Origin: Candidatus Latescibacterota bacterium
Lineage (GTDB): Bacteria; Krumholzibacteriota; Krumholzibacteriia; WVZY01
Assembly: GCA_963791045.1 (NCBI GenBank)
Contig: CAWBQK010000009.1
Span: 1-64,000 of the forward strand
DNA length: 64,000 nucleotides
Reading direction: 5' to 3'
Within the stretch, counting starts at the first letter, position 1. Every line of letters starts with the position of its first letter. This document shows, piece after piece, positions 62,379 to 64,000 of this stretch. The notes beneath the pieces are model-generated. The model was given only the letters and a program-made list of their open reading frames with translations, had not been told where the DNA came from and made no database searches. The translations under genes and the position numbers were made by a program.

Positions 62379-63578
62379 ATGAAATGGCAAGCCTGTATCA
62401 TAATGGTTCTAATCGGTATCTTTGTGTTTTTGTCGGTCACCCCGCCGGAAACCGACGCGATCCCCGCGTTCGCACGGCGGTACAAGTTGTCGTGCACGAC
62501 ATGTCATGCGCCGTTCCCACGTCTGAAAGATTTCGGCGATGAGTTTGCCGGCAACGGCTTCTACATCCCGGAGGAAGAGAAAGAGCGCGACTACGTGTCC
62601 GGTGGCGACCCGCTGCTCTCGCTCAACAAGACGTTCCCGATCGCCATCCGCATGGATGCTTTCGCACAGTATGATAGCGACAAGGACATCGGCACCGATC
62701 TCCAGGCGCCCTGGGGTGTCAAGCTGCTCTCCGGAGGCACGATCGCCAAGAACATCGGCTACTACTTTTACTTTTATCTCATGGAGCGCGGCGACATCGC
62801 CGGTCTCGAGGATGCTTACGTTCACTTCAACAACATCCGCGGCTGGGAGCTTGACATTATGGTTGGTCAGTTCCAGACATCCGACCCGTTGATGAAACGC
62901 GAGATGAGATTGACCCGCGAAGACTACCGCGCATACGTCGCCCGTCCCGGCGAGTCGCGGATCAACATCACTTATGATCGCGGCGTGATGATCCCCTTCA
63001 CGATCACAAAGACATCAACCGACCTCGTCGGGATGGTCGTGAACGGAAACGGTCTTCCCGACGCCGATAGCGACCGGGTCTACGATGAGAATGGTTTCAA
63101 AAATGTGGCCTTTCACTTGAACCAGGCGATTGTCGATGTCGCATCGCTCGGCGGGTATGTCTATTACGGCCGCGAGAAGTCATCGGATCCGTTAGTAGAA
63201 AACGCCCCCGAATACCAGAATGAAGTGACTTATCTGGGCGTCGATGGTGGGGTGGATTTCAGTCAGCATGCGGCACTCAGAGCCCAGTATCTGTACCGCA
63301 AGGACACGAATCCGTTCTTCGTCGCAACACCCGAAGATGTCGAGACCAACGGCCTCATCGTCGAACTCGTCCTGTCCCCCGACATCGAGCGGGCTCGATA
63401 TCATGTCACGCTTCTCTACAACCTCGTCGATTCCGATGACGATTTCACTGATTATGAAACGGGAACGGCGAGCTTGTCGTATCTTCTCGCCCGAAACGCG
63501 CGGCTGATGGGAGAGTATTCCTACAACGTCACTCAAAGCTTTAACCGGGTTGTGCTCGGCTTCATCGGCGCTTTCTAA
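62379..63578 (+). CDS. Cyc2-like fused monoheme cytochrome-porin (outer-membrane beta-barrel)
   Basis: After the signal peptide: IPAFARRYKLSCTTCHAPFPRLKDFGDEFAGNG; barrel-like strands; C-terminal Phe. Confidence 0.7.
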   Translation: MKWQACIIMVLIGIFVFLSVTPPETDAIPAFARRYKLSCTTCHAPFPRLKDFGDEFAGNGFYIPEEEKERDYVSGGDPLLSLNKTFPIAIRMDAFAQYDSDKDIGTDLQAPWGVKLLSGGTIAKNIGYYFYFYLMERGDIAGLEDAYVHFNNIRGWELDIMVGQFQTSDPLMKREMRLTREDYRAYVARPGESRINITYDRGVMIPFTITKTSTDLVGMVVNGNGLPDADSDRVYDENGFKNVAFHLNQAIVDVASLGGYVYYGREKSSDPLVENAPEYQNEVTYLGVDGGVDFSQHAALRAQYLYRKDTNPFFVATPEDVETNGLIVELVLSPDIERARYHVTLLYNLVDSDDDFTDYETGTASLSYLLARNARLMGEYSYNVTQSFNRVVLGFIGAF

Positions 63579-63588
63579 ATAGCCTCTC

Positions 63589-63623
63589 AAACCCCCGATT
63601 TCGCAATGGAATCGGGGGTTTTT
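63589..63623 (+). terminator. Intrinsic terminator
   Basis: AAACCCCCGATT-tcgcaatgg-AATCGGGGGTTTTT. Confidence 0.8.
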
Positions 63624-63638
63624 GTGTCCATTTTGGTC

Positions 63639-63699
63639 TTGAATCCGCCCCCCGTGACCGCTATACTCTTTGGTATTACGAATATAACATTTGTAATAC
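63639..63699 (+). promoter_or_regulatory. Promoter with NikR-type operator
   Basis: TTGAAT-17-TATACT followed by perfect palindrome GTATTAC-N13-GTAATAC (63673-63699). Confidence 0.7.
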
Positions 63700-63714
63700 C
63701 AGGAGGCAAACCCG

Positions 63715-64000
63715 GTGAAATGGATTCTCGCGGCGATTTTATTCATAATTTCGACCCCGCTCGCGGTCTTCGCCCACGACATGTGGATCGAGAAAACCCC
63801 CGCGGGACCCACGCTTTTTTACGGACACAAATACGGACACAAGCACTCACAACACGAGGGCGCGGAGCTCGTCGAGTATTCTGCCTACATCATCGTCCGG
63901 GCGGACTGTTTTGACGCTGGCGGGGCGGGCGGTCCGGCCGTCCTGGGAGACACATCGCCGGTTACGATCGGCGGCCCCTGCGCGGCCGTTTTCGTGCTCA
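63715..64000 (+). CDS. DUF4198-like periplasmic metal-binding protein (partial)
   Basis: Manual translation from GTG after AGGAGG: MKWILAAILFIISTPLAVFAHDMWIEK...FYGHKYGHKHSQHEG; His at mature position 1. Confidence 0.6.
   Translation, partial: MKWILAAILFIISTPLAVFAHDMWIEKTPAGPTLFYGHKYGHKHSQHEGAELVEYSAYIIVRADCFDAGGAGGPAVLGDTSPVTIGGPCAAVFVL

Noticed and set aside
63606-63914. 102-aa ORF from the track
   Set aside because: Overlaps a terminator, promoter and operator; the real gene starts at GTG 63715 in another frame

Overview
GC-rich bacterial DNA, probably from a long-read assembly or MAG: about 9 scattered single-base frameshifts plus a cluster of about 15 in hdrA. Secreted proteins ending in 'TWGxIKxLY' and an FlgD/T9SS-type C-terminal domain suggest an FCB-group lineage such as Krumholzibacteria/Latescibacteria (inference). 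The window is mostly an anaerobic energy-metabolism region. In order: PFOR (partial), aconitase, a LolA-like/ABC/OM-barrel operon, methionine gamma-lyase-like gene, a group 3b [NiFe]-sulfhydrogenase with protease and hypFCDE, and a surface-modification block (8-repeat propeller protein, 2 GT-C glycosyltransferases, 2 Thr-type sulfatase-like lipoproteins). Then come two divergent electron-bifurcation operons, each headed by a paralogous MarR regulator with a Cx2Cx7Cx9C tail. Leftward: nuoE-nuoF-(Mo-ligand-less nuoG/fdhA)-nfnA-nfnB. Rightward: hdrCBA-mvhDGA-protease-hypAB-iorAB-ACD. The window ends with two pentaheme cytochromes, a Cyc2-like heme-porin and a NikR-type operator before a DUF4198-like gene. 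The most notable signals are the twin Cys-MarR switch, the HydABC-like plus NfnAB complex, the TWGxIK C-terminal tag, the Cyc2-like/pentaheme cluster and a dispersed hairpin repeat family with compensatory base changes. No rRNA, tRNA, CRISPR array or transposase was recognised.
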